Below, piece by piece: positions 38,602-52,749 of a stretch of 64,000 bases of DNA. A program made the translations under genes and the position numbers. Under the pieces are notes generated by a model that was not told the origin of the DNA, searched no databases, and worked only from the letters and a program-made list of their open reading frames with translations. Within the stretch, counting starts at the first letter, position 1; every line of letters starts with the position of its first letter. The stretch is from Octopus sinensis (lineage: Eukaryota), in contig NC_043001.1 of assembly GCF_006345805.1 (NCBI RefSeq), positions 78,616,001-78,680,000 of the forward strand, read 5' to 3'.

Positions 38602-40463
38602 CATACATATATACATACATACGTGCATGTGTAGACACACACACATGAACGTATGTATCTATGCATATACCAACTTATATTCATTTTGTATGTATGCATA
38701 CCTATAAGTGCGAACATTTGTACTTAGAGAAACAACAGAAAAACAGAGTTTTTATGTTTATTTATAGATAGATATAAATTGGAAATAGAAATTGTTAGTT
38801 AAGATGATAATTATTATGATAGTTGAAAAGTTCTCGCTGAAACTTTTTGTGCATAATTGTTAGTCGTAGTTATGATACTACTACCTCTGTTGTTCGTCAG
38901 TCCTTGGTCTGTTCTAATATCGCAGACTTACGTTGAAAAGCATTCGAGCAGCGTGTATTATAGATTGTACCGTCATGCAGACATTGCTCCGGGCAATTTG
39001 ATCACAACCCTTTTTTGATTAAATATGGTAGGTATGGCAAAACAGTAATATGTTTGTTATTTCTATCAGATCGATGTGTTTGGCCGTGGCTCCACTAATG
39101 TCTCGAATTGCCGTTCTTTTTGTTGTTGCTATTATTATTATTTTCGTTTATATTTAGTGATAGACGATCCAAGTTTGTAGAGAACGTTGATCAAACGTAT
39201 TCTAGATGTGAGCATTTCGCCTTGTGTATCTAATATAGCATTATCCAACGAGTTCCGGCAGCGATTTTTCGTCTCCTCCGATATATACTATATTTTTAAC
39301 TCGGTACATATATAAAGATTTTATGTCGGACGAAATCTGCTGTATCTCGCCTACCAACGATGTATATACGTTAAGAATGATAAACAAATAGTAATTTTAA
39401 TATAATGCTGTATCAGTTGCTTTCTCCGAAATTCTATTTGGCCTGGAGGCTCTTCGAAATATCATTGAATGTATTATTTGCTACACACGTGTATTATTTA
39501 ATGTATCAGCAGTGATAAATCTCGTTTTGGCATGTGGCTGCGAGTAGGCGACATTGAAAAAGGCCCGGAGGATTGAAAAGCATCTGGTATTCTCGTAAGC
39601 TGCTACCCTGGCGATTTTTTGTCTCCTTCAAAATGTATTCTGTTTTTAATAATGTATATATATTTATATATATATGTTAGATATTTCATCTCAGACCAGT
39701 ACTAACATCTGGCCTGTTAGCGATGTATATACGCTGAGAATGATATTTAGATGGTTATCTTACAAATACACACGCGCGCACACACTCACATAGTCGGCTT
39801 ATATCCACAGAATTTAAAACTTGTTATCAGTTCGTCTACACATTTCGTCATAAACAATGAACGAAAGATAAGTCTTTAAGTCGCATTTGAGCACTGAATC
39901 AGAGGAGTGTAAATCATATATAAAATTATATATTAAAATGTATTAATATATGCAAATTATTTATTAAAATGTGATACAAAATATCAAGAGCTGAATTGTA
40001 TAGCAGCTGCCGCACAATCGGTATTGCAAGCTTCATAGTTCGCTGAGAATGGTTCTTCACCAAAACCAAATTGCCACAAGAAATTCTATGAAAATATCCT
40101 TTAAATACAATATTACAAGCAAGTATGAATATTTTAACCGTTTCTATCAATGAAATGAATAAATATAATTATACTATTTCATCATGATATAGAGTGCAGT
40201 CATTTCTATATTATAATTCACACATAGGCACACACAACCACAAACGCGTGCGCGCTCGCACACACAGACAAACATTAATTCTTCTTTAACGAGAATAGTG
40301 TTCATTGAGTCTCGATGTTTCGGCCTGCGTAGTTTCCACCAGATTGTCCCGAGGAGGTTAAAAAGGTAAAGACTTCGAAGTCACTGTTGACGCTATTATT
40401 GTTAAAGAATAATATATATGCACTCTCCAAAAAGTATTATTACAACTTGACATATAACCTCGC

Positions 40464-40512
<49 letters not shown>

Positions 40513-40631
40513 GCATGCGTGTGTGTATATATATATATATATATATACATATTTATATACACACACACACATATATATATAAATATATGTGCGTCTGTGT
40601 GTATATATATGTATATACCTGTGCATAATCG

Positions 40632-40788
40632 CAGGCGTAGTGTGTGATAAGAAGCTTATTTCTAACTTCGTTGTTATGGTTTCGGTACCACTGCGTGGCA
40701 CCTGGGTCAAGTGTCTTCAACTTCAACCTCATCTCTGTGAGTGGATTTTATAGCCGGAAGCTGAAAGAAACCTCTCGTATATATATTC

Positions 40789-40861
<73 letters not shown>

Positions 40862-40913
40862 TTATATATAATATATATATAGTGCGTGTGTGTGTACATA
40901 CATAGATAGATGC

Positions 40914-40957
<44 letters not shown>

Positions 40958-41178
40958 TGTGTGTGTGTCTTTATGTTTGCTCCCCACCACCATTTGGCAA
41001 CCGGCGTTGATGTGTATATGACCCTGTAACCCAGGGGTTCTCTAAAGTGACCGCCAGAATAAGTACCAGGCTGAAAAAAATAATTCAACCCCGGTGTCGA
41101 TTCGTTCGACTAGAATTCTGCAAGGTGAAGTCCCAGCATGGCCTCAGTCCAACGATTGCAACAAGTAAAAGATAAAAG
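40632..41178 (+). mobile_element. SINE family A, diverged
   Basis: Head, central microsatellite and aacaagtaaaagataaaag tail. Confidence 0.75.
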
Positions 41179-42997
41179 CTATAATAAGGTACTTAGTGTA
41201 TCAATAATTTCTTGGCACTCCTGACACATCGTCTTGCATTCGTTTATATCAGCCATGGCATTTTTGTTTGAAAGCTCCAGGATAGTACATCCAGTGTCCT
41301 CTAGCAATTGGTTGATGTAGTATTTCGATGGTCTTAAACTTCTCCGTTTACCGTGAGAAGGCTCCCACAGAAGATTTTCAGCTAAAAGCTCGCCCTGTTA
41401 CTGCAGCAGCGTCCAAAATTATCAGATCGAGTTTGAATATTGTCTCTACGATTTACACAATGTTTTGGCATAGTTCTTTGATAATTATGCAATTAGTTAT
41501 TTAGAACATCTCGGTCCATTCTGCTACGCGTGCTATTCAAAATTGTTTTCATGGAAGATGCAAGTTTGTGATATTGAGCCATGAAATATAGTTGACTCAG
41601 CTCAGCTCTAACGAAGTATGTGTTAGTTCTTCGTAGTTCTTCCGTGTTTTATCCAGATAGATAAACCCTCCGCACATTTTATAAATCCTGATTTTCTTAT
41701 CTGTCTTAGATTTAACAAGGCATTGCCGATTCGGCAAAATAAAAAATTTGAAATGTATAACACTAGGCCTTAATCCCGAGATTCTGCTAGCATCTTCCAA
41801 CTATCGACTGTAATAATTATAATAATTATAATAAAATGATCGTATTAATTATAACGACATCATGATGATGATAGTGGATGTTGGGGTGGGGATGATACTG
41901 ATGATAGCGGTGGTAGTGGTGAATACGTGAAGGATGAAGATGAGGAGGAGGGGGAGGAAGTTTTGGTGATAATGATGTTGATGATGATAATGATGTTGTT
42001 GATGATGATGATGATGATGATGATGTTCATGATGGTAATGATGTAAAATTAACGGAAGAGGAGGAAGTATAGAAATATGGAACAACATACACACATACAC
42101 ATACTTGCGCACAGAAACATACGCACACGCAACAGGAAATTTCATTTCAATTCTAAATTAATAAATTTGGAAATACAAAAGCAAAAAAACAAAACAAAAC
42201 AAAAACAATAAAGAAAGAAAGAAAGAAAGTTAAATTCAATAGATTGTATGGAAACAAATCATAAAAGATGAACTACAATGGAAAAATAAAATAAAGTAAA
42301 AACAAAAAAAAAACATCAACAAAGAAATAACATAAGACGGATAGGGAATATTCCTCACCCTCCATCGAACCAAATAAAATAAAATAAAATAAATTTAACT
42401 GAAGAGTGATTAAAATAATATCATGCATATTCATGAGAAAAATCACAACGCAAACGCTTGTAAAAGAAATGTTTCGGTATTTTTTCATGTAGTGTGTTTC
42501 ATATTGGTATTTAAGTTGTTTTTTTAGTGTTATGTATGTTTTTTGTACATTCTGGTTGTCATTGTAGTCGCTGTTGTTTCTGCTTATTTGTGTTGTTATT
42601 GTTGTAATCTGCGTTGATGGTTTTTCTGATGAAAAAAGTTAAAAAAATAAAAATAAAAAATGAAAAATAAGAAACAAAAATACTTTTTTTTAAACAAAGG
42701 AATTTTTTTTTATTTCTTTTGGTAAAATTGGCTTTTGCGGAAAAAAAAAGAAAAGAAAAAGAAGAAAAGAAACAACTAACAAACAAACTTAAATGTGATA
42801 CTAAAGCCGCCATTGTTCTACATTTCTAACATGACCTATAAAAAGGTCCAAAACGTAGACACGAATTCAGAAATCCAAGTCAACGGAACAATATCGTTCT
42901 ACAGTATTACCTTTGAAGATTGTAGTTGGCCATTCTTTGAGTCGTGTTTGTGTGAATGGTGTCTTCACACAGATCAACAGACTGCATACATACAAAT

Positions 42998-43028
<31 letters not shown>

Positions 43029-43119
43029 CATGCATACATACATACATACATTCATACATACAAACATATATACATACATACAAACATACATACATGGATA
43101 AATACAAACATACATTCAT

Positions 43120-43153
<34 letters not shown>

Positions 43154-43194
43154 GATTATATGCATGTAACTATAATGATGCTAATATATACTCT

Positions 43195-43912
43195 TTTACT
43201 CTTTTACTCTTTTACTTGTTTCAGTCATTTGACTGCGGCCATGCTGGAGCACCGCCTTTAGTCGAGCAACTCGACCCCGGGACTTATTCTTTGTAAGCCC
43301 AGTACTTATTCTATCGGTCTTTTTTGCCGAACCGCTAAGTGACGGGGACATAAACACACCAGCATCGGTTGTCAAGCAATGCTAGGGGGACAAACACAGA
43401 CACACAAACACACACGCACACACACATATATATGCATATATATGACGGGCGTCTTTCAGTTTCCGTCTACCAAATGCACTCACAAGGCTTTGCTCGGCCC
43501 GAGGCTATAGTAGAAGACACTTGCCCAAGGTGATATATATTTTTCTTCTTACTTGCTTGTTTTAGTGATGTAAATTCGGCCACGCTGAAGCATTGCCTTT
43601 AGTCGAACAAATCAACACAGGACATATTTTTTTTGCCGAACCGCTAAGTTACAGGGTCGTAAACACACCAACATCAGTTGTGAAGCGATGGTGGGATGAC
43701 AAACACGGACACACACACAGAGACTCACACACACACACAAACACACACACACACACTCACACACACACACACAAATACACATATACAACGGACTTCTTTC
43801 AGTTCCTGTCTACCAAATCCAATCTCAAGGATTTGGTCGGCCCGAGGCTATAGTAGAAGACACTTGCCCAAGGTGCCTCGCATTGGGACTGAACCCGGAA
43901 CCATGTGGTTGG
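43195..43912 (-). mobile_element. Two tandem SINE family A copies (43195-43532 and 43550-43912)
   Basis: Both are reverse-complement matches to 4671-5080; the first is 5'-truncated. Confidence 0.85.
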
Positions 43913-44484
43913 GAACCCTATATATCGTAAAATAACGAAAGCAGCTACACTCAATTTAAAACCAAAAAGGAAAAAAATTCAATTGTCACTAATTGTGACT
44001 GAGAGTGATGGATAGCAACTATATTGCTAGAAATAAGAGTTAAGTCCCTTCGAAGGATTCTAAAAATCCTGACAATATTTATGACCATACCCAACTATAA
44101 AACTGTCAACTCACTCCTGCTCACAATTCTAAACAGACACTATCCTCTAGCTTTAGATTTAGTGGTTGATAAAAAAAAGACTAGCAAATTAAAAACGCAC
44201 CACAATCCTATTACAAGCTATGACCCTAACAAGCTTCTTACAGTTCTTATAAGTGTAATATATTCTTAGCTACATTAGTAGCAACATGATCACATTCCCT
44301 CTTCTTGCTCTATTAGAGAATTTGAGTAAAATTATATTAGAGTGTCCAACTGATTAGAAATTCTCTTTATTTATGCAGCAAAAGATAGCCCTGCATTTAA
44401 ATTGATGTAATGATTACATTGTTCAATTAAATGGAGTCGCTTGAATTGGTCGTATCACCTCTTGATATCCTGTTCCTTATTTAG

Positions 44485-44519
<35 letters not shown>

Positions 44520-44523
<4 letters not shown>

Positions 44524-44726
44524 ATATATATATGTATACATAGGGAGAATTCACAAAACGCAATAGACGAAGACAAGTGGTGCAGATAACAAACAGATGT
44601 ATTAGTATAACGCTCGGGAAGTGAAAAGTCTTTAACGTTTCGAGCCTACGCTCTTCCACAGAAAGGAACACTGAAAGAAACAAGGAGAGAAAGTAAAGAA
44701 TGTGTAATGGCTAGCGATCTATTATG
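44520..44726 (-). mobile_element. PLE family 1 terminal repeat with hammerhead-like motif (44630-44665)
   Basis: The minus strand reads cttt-CTGTGGA-a-gagc-gtag-gctc-GAAACGT-T-aaag. Confidence 0.75.
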
Positions 44727-45319
44727 GGGAATGATATATATACATATATGTATTGTTTTACTAAGGAAAAAGTATACCTTTCTCTCTTTTATCTCTTACT
44801 TGTTTCAGTCATTAGGCTGCGCCAACTCGGGGGCACCTCTATGAAGAATTTTAGTCACATGAATTGACTTAAGTTTTTATTTTTATTTTAAGCCTCGTTC
44901 TCATTTTGTTAGGCTGCTTTTGTTGAGCCGCTAAGTTATGAAGACGTAAACACTGCAACGCCGGTGGTAAAGCAGTGGAAAAGGGGTCCAACACTGATAC
45001 AAAGACACACATACACACTTACACACAAGCATTTATATTGGTCCCTTTTACAGCCACACACATATGCTCACACAAAGTTGAAGCGCTGTTTGATTTTTTT
45101 TTCACCGTACAATTTCCATCATGCGCTAGGATTCATATGGAGGCGTACACATGACTGAGATTGCCCCTTGTGGGTAGTAATAAAATCACATGCCTGAGAT
45201 TGCTTATCCTCTTACTAAAGTGTACACTGGTCTATAGGAAGGATACTTGCATGTGTAACTGAAATTAATATAGCCATAGAGATCACCGTTGATAAGAAAA
45301 TTATCTAAGTTATAAAGAC

Positions 45320-45560
45320 GCAGACACTGCAACGCCGGTTGTAAAGCGGTGGGGATTGGGGACAAACACAGATACAAAGACACACATACACACGCGGCGT
45401 GCTTCTTTCAGTTTCTGTCTACCAAATCCACTCACAAGGCTTTGGTCTGTTCGAGGCTATAGTAGAAAACACACGCCCAAAGTGTAACACAATGAGACTG
45501 AACCCGGAAGCATGTGGTTGGGAAGCAAACTTGAAGCTACTCACCCGCACCTGCGCCTAT
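45320..45560 (-). mobile_element. SINE family A, partial
   Basis: ctttcagtttctgtctaccaaatccactcacaaggctttgg. Confidence 0.75.
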
Positions 45561-45578
45561 ATATAACTAAACTTATAT

Positions 45579-45746
45579 AGTTCTGTATTTTAGAGATGAG
45601 GAATTATGTACATTATTTACATTATTTACATTATTTATATTCGACGGATATTTGTCCTCATCTTGTTGGAAGGTATATCAGCCGAAACGCTGTGTTAACA
45701 ACAAACAAGATGAGGACAAATATCCGTCGAATGTAAATAATGTAAA
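45579..45746. mobile_element. Foldback of the same hammerhead-tail family as 7910-8524
   Basis: Arms 45625-45667 and 45704-45746; the spacer carries cagccGAAACGCtgtgtt. Confidence 0.8.
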
Positions 45747-46699
45747 CTTGTATAGTTATGAAATAAAATGGAAAGCGCTGTGTGGACAGGTTTGTTAAGA
45801 GCCGCGGAATGAGACTTGGGAGCGTTGCTGGTTGGACGTCAATGACGTATGTGATACGGCTGACTGGACATTCAGCATGTTTTTGCGACAGTCCTGTTTG
45901 GCGCTGGAGGTAATCCCTCCCCCCCCCACACACACAACACAAACGGACACACACATACGCACTCGCACAACACAAACAGACGCACACATATATGCGCACT
46001 CACACATATGCACACATACTCACGTATGTCAAGAAGTATACTTATACAGATAGAAAGAGTGAAAGAGAGAGAAAGAGAAAGAGTAGGAGAGTGAGAGTGA
46101 GGCATTGTAATTTATTAATTGCGTCGGATTTACATAGACACTTGTGTTCTTATACGAATAGAGAAATATATTCACACATATAAACAAGGAGGGAAGGATA
46201 AAATAAATAAGATTGTTAGTAAACGAGTGAACTCTTAAAACATCTGATGTCCAAAAGCTTAGCGTCGAACCACAGATGCCAAATTGGCGGCGCCATAAAG
46301 TGCTGTGCCAAAATGTTTCGTAAATCTAACACCTACTAAAAGGCTTTGCGGTTTGAGACCTGCTTAATTTGTTTCCATTAGATGTCGACTTTTGTTTATC
46401 ATCCATCCAGGGCGATCAAATAAGCATTGTACACTAGAGAAATGGATTAGATTCTTTCAACTATTCGGCATTCATAAAACGTGTCGTGCGCATATGTTTG
46501 AAGTAGTTCATAGATATGATGTGCGTGTCGTGTTACTTGTAAATGAGTTATTCATTATTTCGAGGACCAGAAAAAATATTTTTATCACACGTAATGTCTT
46601 AAATTCAATAGAATTTTCCTGGGTGAAATAAAAGTTGTTTTCCTGTTTTAAGCTTTAATTAATAGTTTAATCAAATTACACACGAAAGAGTTTATGCAT

Positions 46700-47690
46700 C
46701 AAATACAATCCATTACAATCTATTGTCTGTTACTATTGTTGTGCCAGAAAAAACAATCCCACACTTCAAACATTGTATTTGTTTAGAGGCAAAAAATACC
46801 TTGTCGCCGTTTTCAACCTCGTCCTTATTGTTCAACCTCCGACCTTGCAGGAAATGACCTGGCTTGGAAAAATTGGTTATATGATAGTGCCAGATCTGGT
46901 AAAAGACCAGAGTGAAGTACCAATTCCAGCCCCTCAAGTTCCTCAAGTTTGCCCTTGGTTACAGCGGCATCGTGTGCTGGTCTATTGTCGTGCAGTAGGC
47001 AGGCCCGTCTTCAACTAACTAGTGCCGGTTAGTGGGCTTCAAAAGCATCATGTACTTGCTGCAATTGTTGAGCACAAATGTTTATGTTTACAGCATGGGT
47101 AGAAGCTGAAAGTGCAATACCCACTCGAAATTCCGTCAAACAAACATGGCCTTCTTTTCATACAGCCCTTGTTTGACAACAGCTCCTCAACCCTCACCGG
47201 AATGAAGTCACCGATTTTTAGTACAATCACAGAGATAGCTCTATCTTCATCCCTAGTTACAATCAGATGCCAAAAGCGGGAATCTCGAGGATTTTACCAG
47301 TATTTGTTTGCAAATGTTTACACATACTGGTGCCTGGTCATTGGTCAGTTCCCGAGGAGTTCCCAATAATACCTGCTCACAAAGCCGAGCTTATGGAGGT
47401 GTCGTTTGACGGTGCCGTGTGAAGAACCAAGTTCTGGAAACAATTTACGACTACTTGTGCTGAGATCTTCAACCATTTCAAATAAGGTTTCATCTTCACA
47501 GCAGAAGTTTTTCCTGACTTTGGCTTGTCTTCCAGATTGGTATCACCTTCCTTGAACCAGTTTTACGCCACACATTCGTTGACAGTTCGTGAGCCTTTCA
47601 GGTCACTGTGCCCTTGCATTTGCACTCAGTCCTTTCGTCCACAACTGACGCAAAATGGCTGTAATTACAATTTTTTTACTACTCATTATC
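46700..47690 (-). mobile_element. Degraded mariner transposon
   Basis: Minus-strand fragments EGDTNLEDKPKSG, QQLQQVHDA..LLHDN and FLQGRRLNNKDEVEN...FFASK. Confidence 0.8.
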
Positions 47691-49206
47691 AAACTTAAAA
47701 AATAAAGAATAAATAATCGATGTTTATATTTAATATAAGAAAATAGAGAATAAAGAATTTAGTAACGATTGAACAATTACTTGTATCGAATTTATGATAT
47801 AATATAGAGATACATGTTGCCAAAATTCATCAGTGAAAATTCGAAAAAAAATTGTTTAACCTAGTATTATTTGTTTAAATACAAACATTTCTTGATGTCT
47901 TTTACCAAATCAAGCCTGCTGATGCAGAGCTTTGAACGTGGATGCTACAGCCAAGAGCATAAAGTATACATACATACATACATACATACATACATACATA
48001 CATAAATACATATATACATGCATACATACATACGTACACACATACATGCATACTTGCGTGCATGCATACATATATGTATACATATATAGATACATAAATA
48101 TTCTCCATTGGAGATTCTAATGTGAATTTATGCACGCACCTATACCTATACACCGAAAGTTCAATCAACACACCAAATTAAACACATATTTACAAACACC
48201 TGGAACTCTCTTAACTCAAAAAGTCTTGTCTCTTTGTTAACGATTGGCTTGAACTCTCTAAAGAATTTAAATATAACTGACAGAAAATAATACATGCACA
48301 CATAATGCATGCATATTTACTGGCATACACATATGCATATATACAAATATACATACATATATAAATACGTATATACGTGGTGATTTCTTCATCTTCACAG
48401 ATAGCTGTTATCTCCTTGTGCTCTGTCGTTGTGAATGGCATTTCTGGCTTTCTGTCATTGACCTCTCAATGACACATTAATTTTTCCCGATCCAAGAACG
48501 GACACCATGGGGCTAAAAACTGACCCAAACTAGGTTGGGGGAGGCTAAAAAACACACAAAAAAAAACACATCAGCATTAACAATAATATCAGATTTCACT
48601 GGAAGACAGAAATTTCTATAGCCCTGTTAAAACGTAGGGATGTATACAGGTCCTTTGGTTTATCCACATGTAGCAACATGCGAGACGCTTGCTAAAAGTG
48701 CAGATTTAATGTTGTTATTTTTGTTTAATTTTATGGTCCGAAGTCAGATTCGGCTGAGCAATGATTGATGATATTATGGTATTGAGCATCACGTCATCCC
48801 AATGAGCATTGCGTTTATAGTATTACATTATACGAAGGCTTCCGCCATTATGTTCACGCTAGGTTATAATATGAGACACAATGAGCTACTATTACCTATT
48901 AATGTGCGCATGAAACAAACGGGTTCCTTAGTTTTCTGGTCTAGTTGTATTCTATATAAATTTATTCTGTACGTACATACATAAATACACAGAGAAACAC
49001 AAGCACACACACACACAAATACACTTATATATATAGGCATATACCAACCTACCTACCTACCTACATACATACATACATATATATATATGTATATATTATC
49101 AAGAATACATGCAGACATGTTTCACACGCACACATGCGCACTCACACACATAAATAATATGTATATATGTATGTGTATATATCTATATATGTATTAATAA
49201 TATATG

Positions 49207-49250
<44 letters not shown>

Positions 49251-49458
49251 TGTGAAATAGAAAGATGAATAATCTTGTAGTAGATTAATCAAAAGTTTAA
49301 CCGATACCTTAGTAGCAAAAATCACAGCAGTAAACAGCACGGTTGGAGGTACAAACATATGGTGTTGCAACCGTGCGTTGGTGCGGATAATTGAAATTAA
49401 AATATTATTGGTGAATTGAAGAAATGGAGCTGAACGCAGATTGAACAGAAATCGTTTT

Positions 49459-49546
49459 ATTTCTTCTACACGTGTTTCGAAAGGCACAATTTACCAAAAT
49501 CCGATTGAATAATGGGACCATATTGTGTCTTTCTCTTCGAAGAAAA
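49459..49546 (-). ncRNA. Type I hammerhead ribozyme motif, left arm (core lacks CU as written)
   Basis: ttttcttc-gaaga-gaaag..ctttc-GAAACACGTGT-A-gaagaaat. Confidence 0.6.
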
Positions 49547-51801
49547 TAGGAAATCCGTTGGAAAAAACAAAAAAGAACAGAGGCGGAGCAAAAACAAATC
49601 GAACTAGGCTCCTAAGAGCCCATGGCGAACTGTTTATCAGTGTATGTTGAGAACCGGTGGCTGAAGAATTTAACGGTCAGGCATCGGTCAATCATGTGGG
49701 TGAGGGTTGTGTAGATGTTCTTTGTGACCGAGAATAAGTTCTGACTATTTAAGGAATATTGGATGTTTTATAAGGGGCGAGAAAAAATCTACTTAGAGGA
49801 GTGTGTGGTATACTGTTCTCTATATGGTGTGTGTTGGCGTAGGGGTAGAAACATTTTTTGTGTACGTGTGTGCGTTTGATCGTTCGGCTGTCAGTGGCTA
49901 CTGCAGTGAGAACCGTTGGGTGGCAGAAGAAAAAAATATATCATTATGTTTTATGTGTGTGTGTGTTCATCTAAGCCTGCCTTGTCAAGGAAACCCCCCG
50001 TTGTGAAAAAACCAAGCCCCGTTTATCTTACAGGAGTAATTCCCCTTGCAGTGGTTTAATCGTAGATATCTTAAAGGCTATTTCAGAATTTGTTACAAAG
50101 GGCTATGGGTGCCGGTATTATTTATAAACGCTATTTAAAAGCCAGATAAGTGTAACGCCCGCCAATGGGGGCATCGAAAAACCGACTGTAAAAGCCCGTT
50201 TACCATCCGGCCTCTGGCAAACAAAATATGGAAGAGTTCGGAGACACAAAGGTTGCACTGCCTTCTGCCCCTATCAAATGGGAGGGCCACCGACAAAATT
50301 GACCATTCCATTCTGTAGCTTAAGTTCGTATCCTTCAGTCGCCCATATTAGCTTACTGAGTCCCGTGGGTCTGGCGCTTGTTCATGTCGAAAAAGTTGCA
50401 GTTGCGTAATGGTTGGAGACTCGCAAAGACTTGGAGTTGAGGCCCCTACATAAGTGAGGACATCTGAGTCCGTGTAAACTTGCATTGGTAGACGGCGTTT
50501 TTGATCTTGGAGTTCGCCGACGTGACTTATTTATGCTAGGATTAGTTTCTGAAATTAGGAACTGCGTTCCTGTCACTATATTCGTTCCGAGACCTGCAGG
50601 CCGCTTACTACTCTATTTCCACTACGTCACTATTAAACTATAGGAATAACCCCTGATTCTCCACATCTATCAGAGTGCTGTCATTGCTAGTGCCCGTGGT
50701 GACTGCTATTGCGGGAAATGATGCTGGGGATGCTATGGGGCTCACTACCCTACTCCCATTGTTACCGTCAAACACAAACCCCCTATTTATAACTATACCT
50801 AGTGGGTATCCCTGGCTGGAGCTGAGATTATGTGTCACTGTACTGGCTCTCATATCATTTACTACTATAATTATTCCTACTGAACATTAAAGTTAGGATA
50901 GCTTTCTCCAACACTAAAAACCTCGCCCAGATAATCGCCTCCCATAATAATAGGCTACTTACTAAGACCCTATCACCTTTTTCCGGAGGCACAGCCTCTT
51001 CCGCTCCCAGTTTAAGGATACGAACTTAAGCTACAGGCTGGAATGGTCAATTTTGTCGGTGGCCCTCCCATTTGATAGGGGCAGAAGGCAGTGCAACCTT
51101 TGTGTCTCCGAACACTTCCATATTTTGTTTGCCAGAGGCCGGATGGTAAACGGGCTTTTACAGTCGGCTTTTCGATGCCCCCATTGGCGGGCGTTACACT
51201 TATCTGGCTTTTAAATAGCGTTTATAAATAATACCGGCACCCATAGCCTTGGTAACAAATCTGAAATAGCCTTTAAGATATCTACGATTAACCACTGCAA
51301 GGGGAATTACTCCTGTAAGATAAAAGGGGCTGGTTTTTTACAACGGGGGGTTTCCTTGACAAGGCAGGCTTAGATGAACACCAACCACACAATAAAACAT
51401 AATAGATATATTTTTTCTGACACCCAACGGTTCTCACTGCAGTAGCCCACTGACCGCCGAACGATCAAAAACGCACACACGTACACAAAAAATGTTTTCT
51501 ACCCCTACGCCAACACCACACATATATAGAACAGTATACACACACACACGTCTCTAAGTAGATTTTTCTCGCCCCTATAAAACATCCCAATATTCCTTAA
51601 AAGTCAGAACTTTATTCTCGGTCCAAAAAGAAATCTACACACCCTCACCCACATGATTGACCGATGCCTGACCCGTAAATTCTTCAGCCACCGGTTCTCA
51701 ACATACACTGATAAACAGTTTCGCCATGGGCTCTAGGAGCCTAGTTCGATTTGTTTTTGCTCCGCCTCTGTTCTGTTTTGTTTTTTCCAACGGATTTCCT
51801 A

Positions 51802-51890
51802 TTTTCTTCCTGAGAGAAAGACACAATATGGTCCCATTATTCAATCGGATTTTGGTAAATTGTGCCTTTCGAAACACGTGTAGAATGAAA
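51802..51890 (+). ncRNA. Type I hammerhead ribozyme motif, right arm (core one nt short as written)
   Basis: ttttcttc-CTGAGA-gaaag-acacaat..attgtg-c-ctttc-GAAACACGTGT-A-gaatgaaa. Confidence 0.65.
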
Positions 51891-51940
51891 AAAACGATTT
51901 CTGTTCAATCTGCGTTCAGCTCCATTTCTTCAATTCACCA

Positions 51941-52015
<75 letters not shown>

Positions 52016-52440
52016 TACATTGACAAGGGGGCAAATAAAGCGTATAGTGCATGTGTAAATATACAACAGTTGCATTATATAAGTAATATATCATACATGT
52101 ATGCAATAACGATTCAAGAGCTACTTCTGCTTGATCAAGCTTGTTATGTATAATGATATCTCATTCAAAACACATGATATATAGATATAGGAACGTACAT
52201 TCAAATGTACGTGACAAGATACCGACATAGGCATGTAAGATTAGTACTACATGAAAGAGTTAGCAGAAAAAGGGAACATGGAATCTATCTATCTATCTAT
52301 CTATATATCTATCTGTCTATCCAAAAAGTGAGATAGATAGATATATAGATTGATTGATACAGATATGTATAAATAATTATATACATATACAAACGTGTGT
52401 ATGTATGTATATATGTATACACATATATATATATATATGC

Positions 52441-52501
<61 letters not shown>

Positions 52502-52687
52502 TATGTGTGTGTGCATGTAGAAACATTCATATCTATACCGCTAATAATATCCTAGTATATCTCTACATATATGCATAGATACATTTTATATATTAGAGTT
52601 AAAAGTATATATGTATCATATAATATCATTACAATACATATAGTATCATACAATGCATATATATATATGTATATATATATATTTTAT

Positions 52688-52749
<62 letters not shown>

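Larger units (their letters stand above)
49407..51942. mobile_element. Foldback Penelope-like element: ~930-bp inverted arms around a ~680-bp spacer
   Basis: Arms 49407-50335 and 51014-51942; 51017-51214(+) translates as DTNLSYRLEWSILSVALPFDRGRRQCNLCVSEHFHILF..CPHW (PLE GIY-YIG C-terminus type); NAVYQCK and TYVGAST lie on the minus strand at 50435-50499. Confidence 0.9.
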
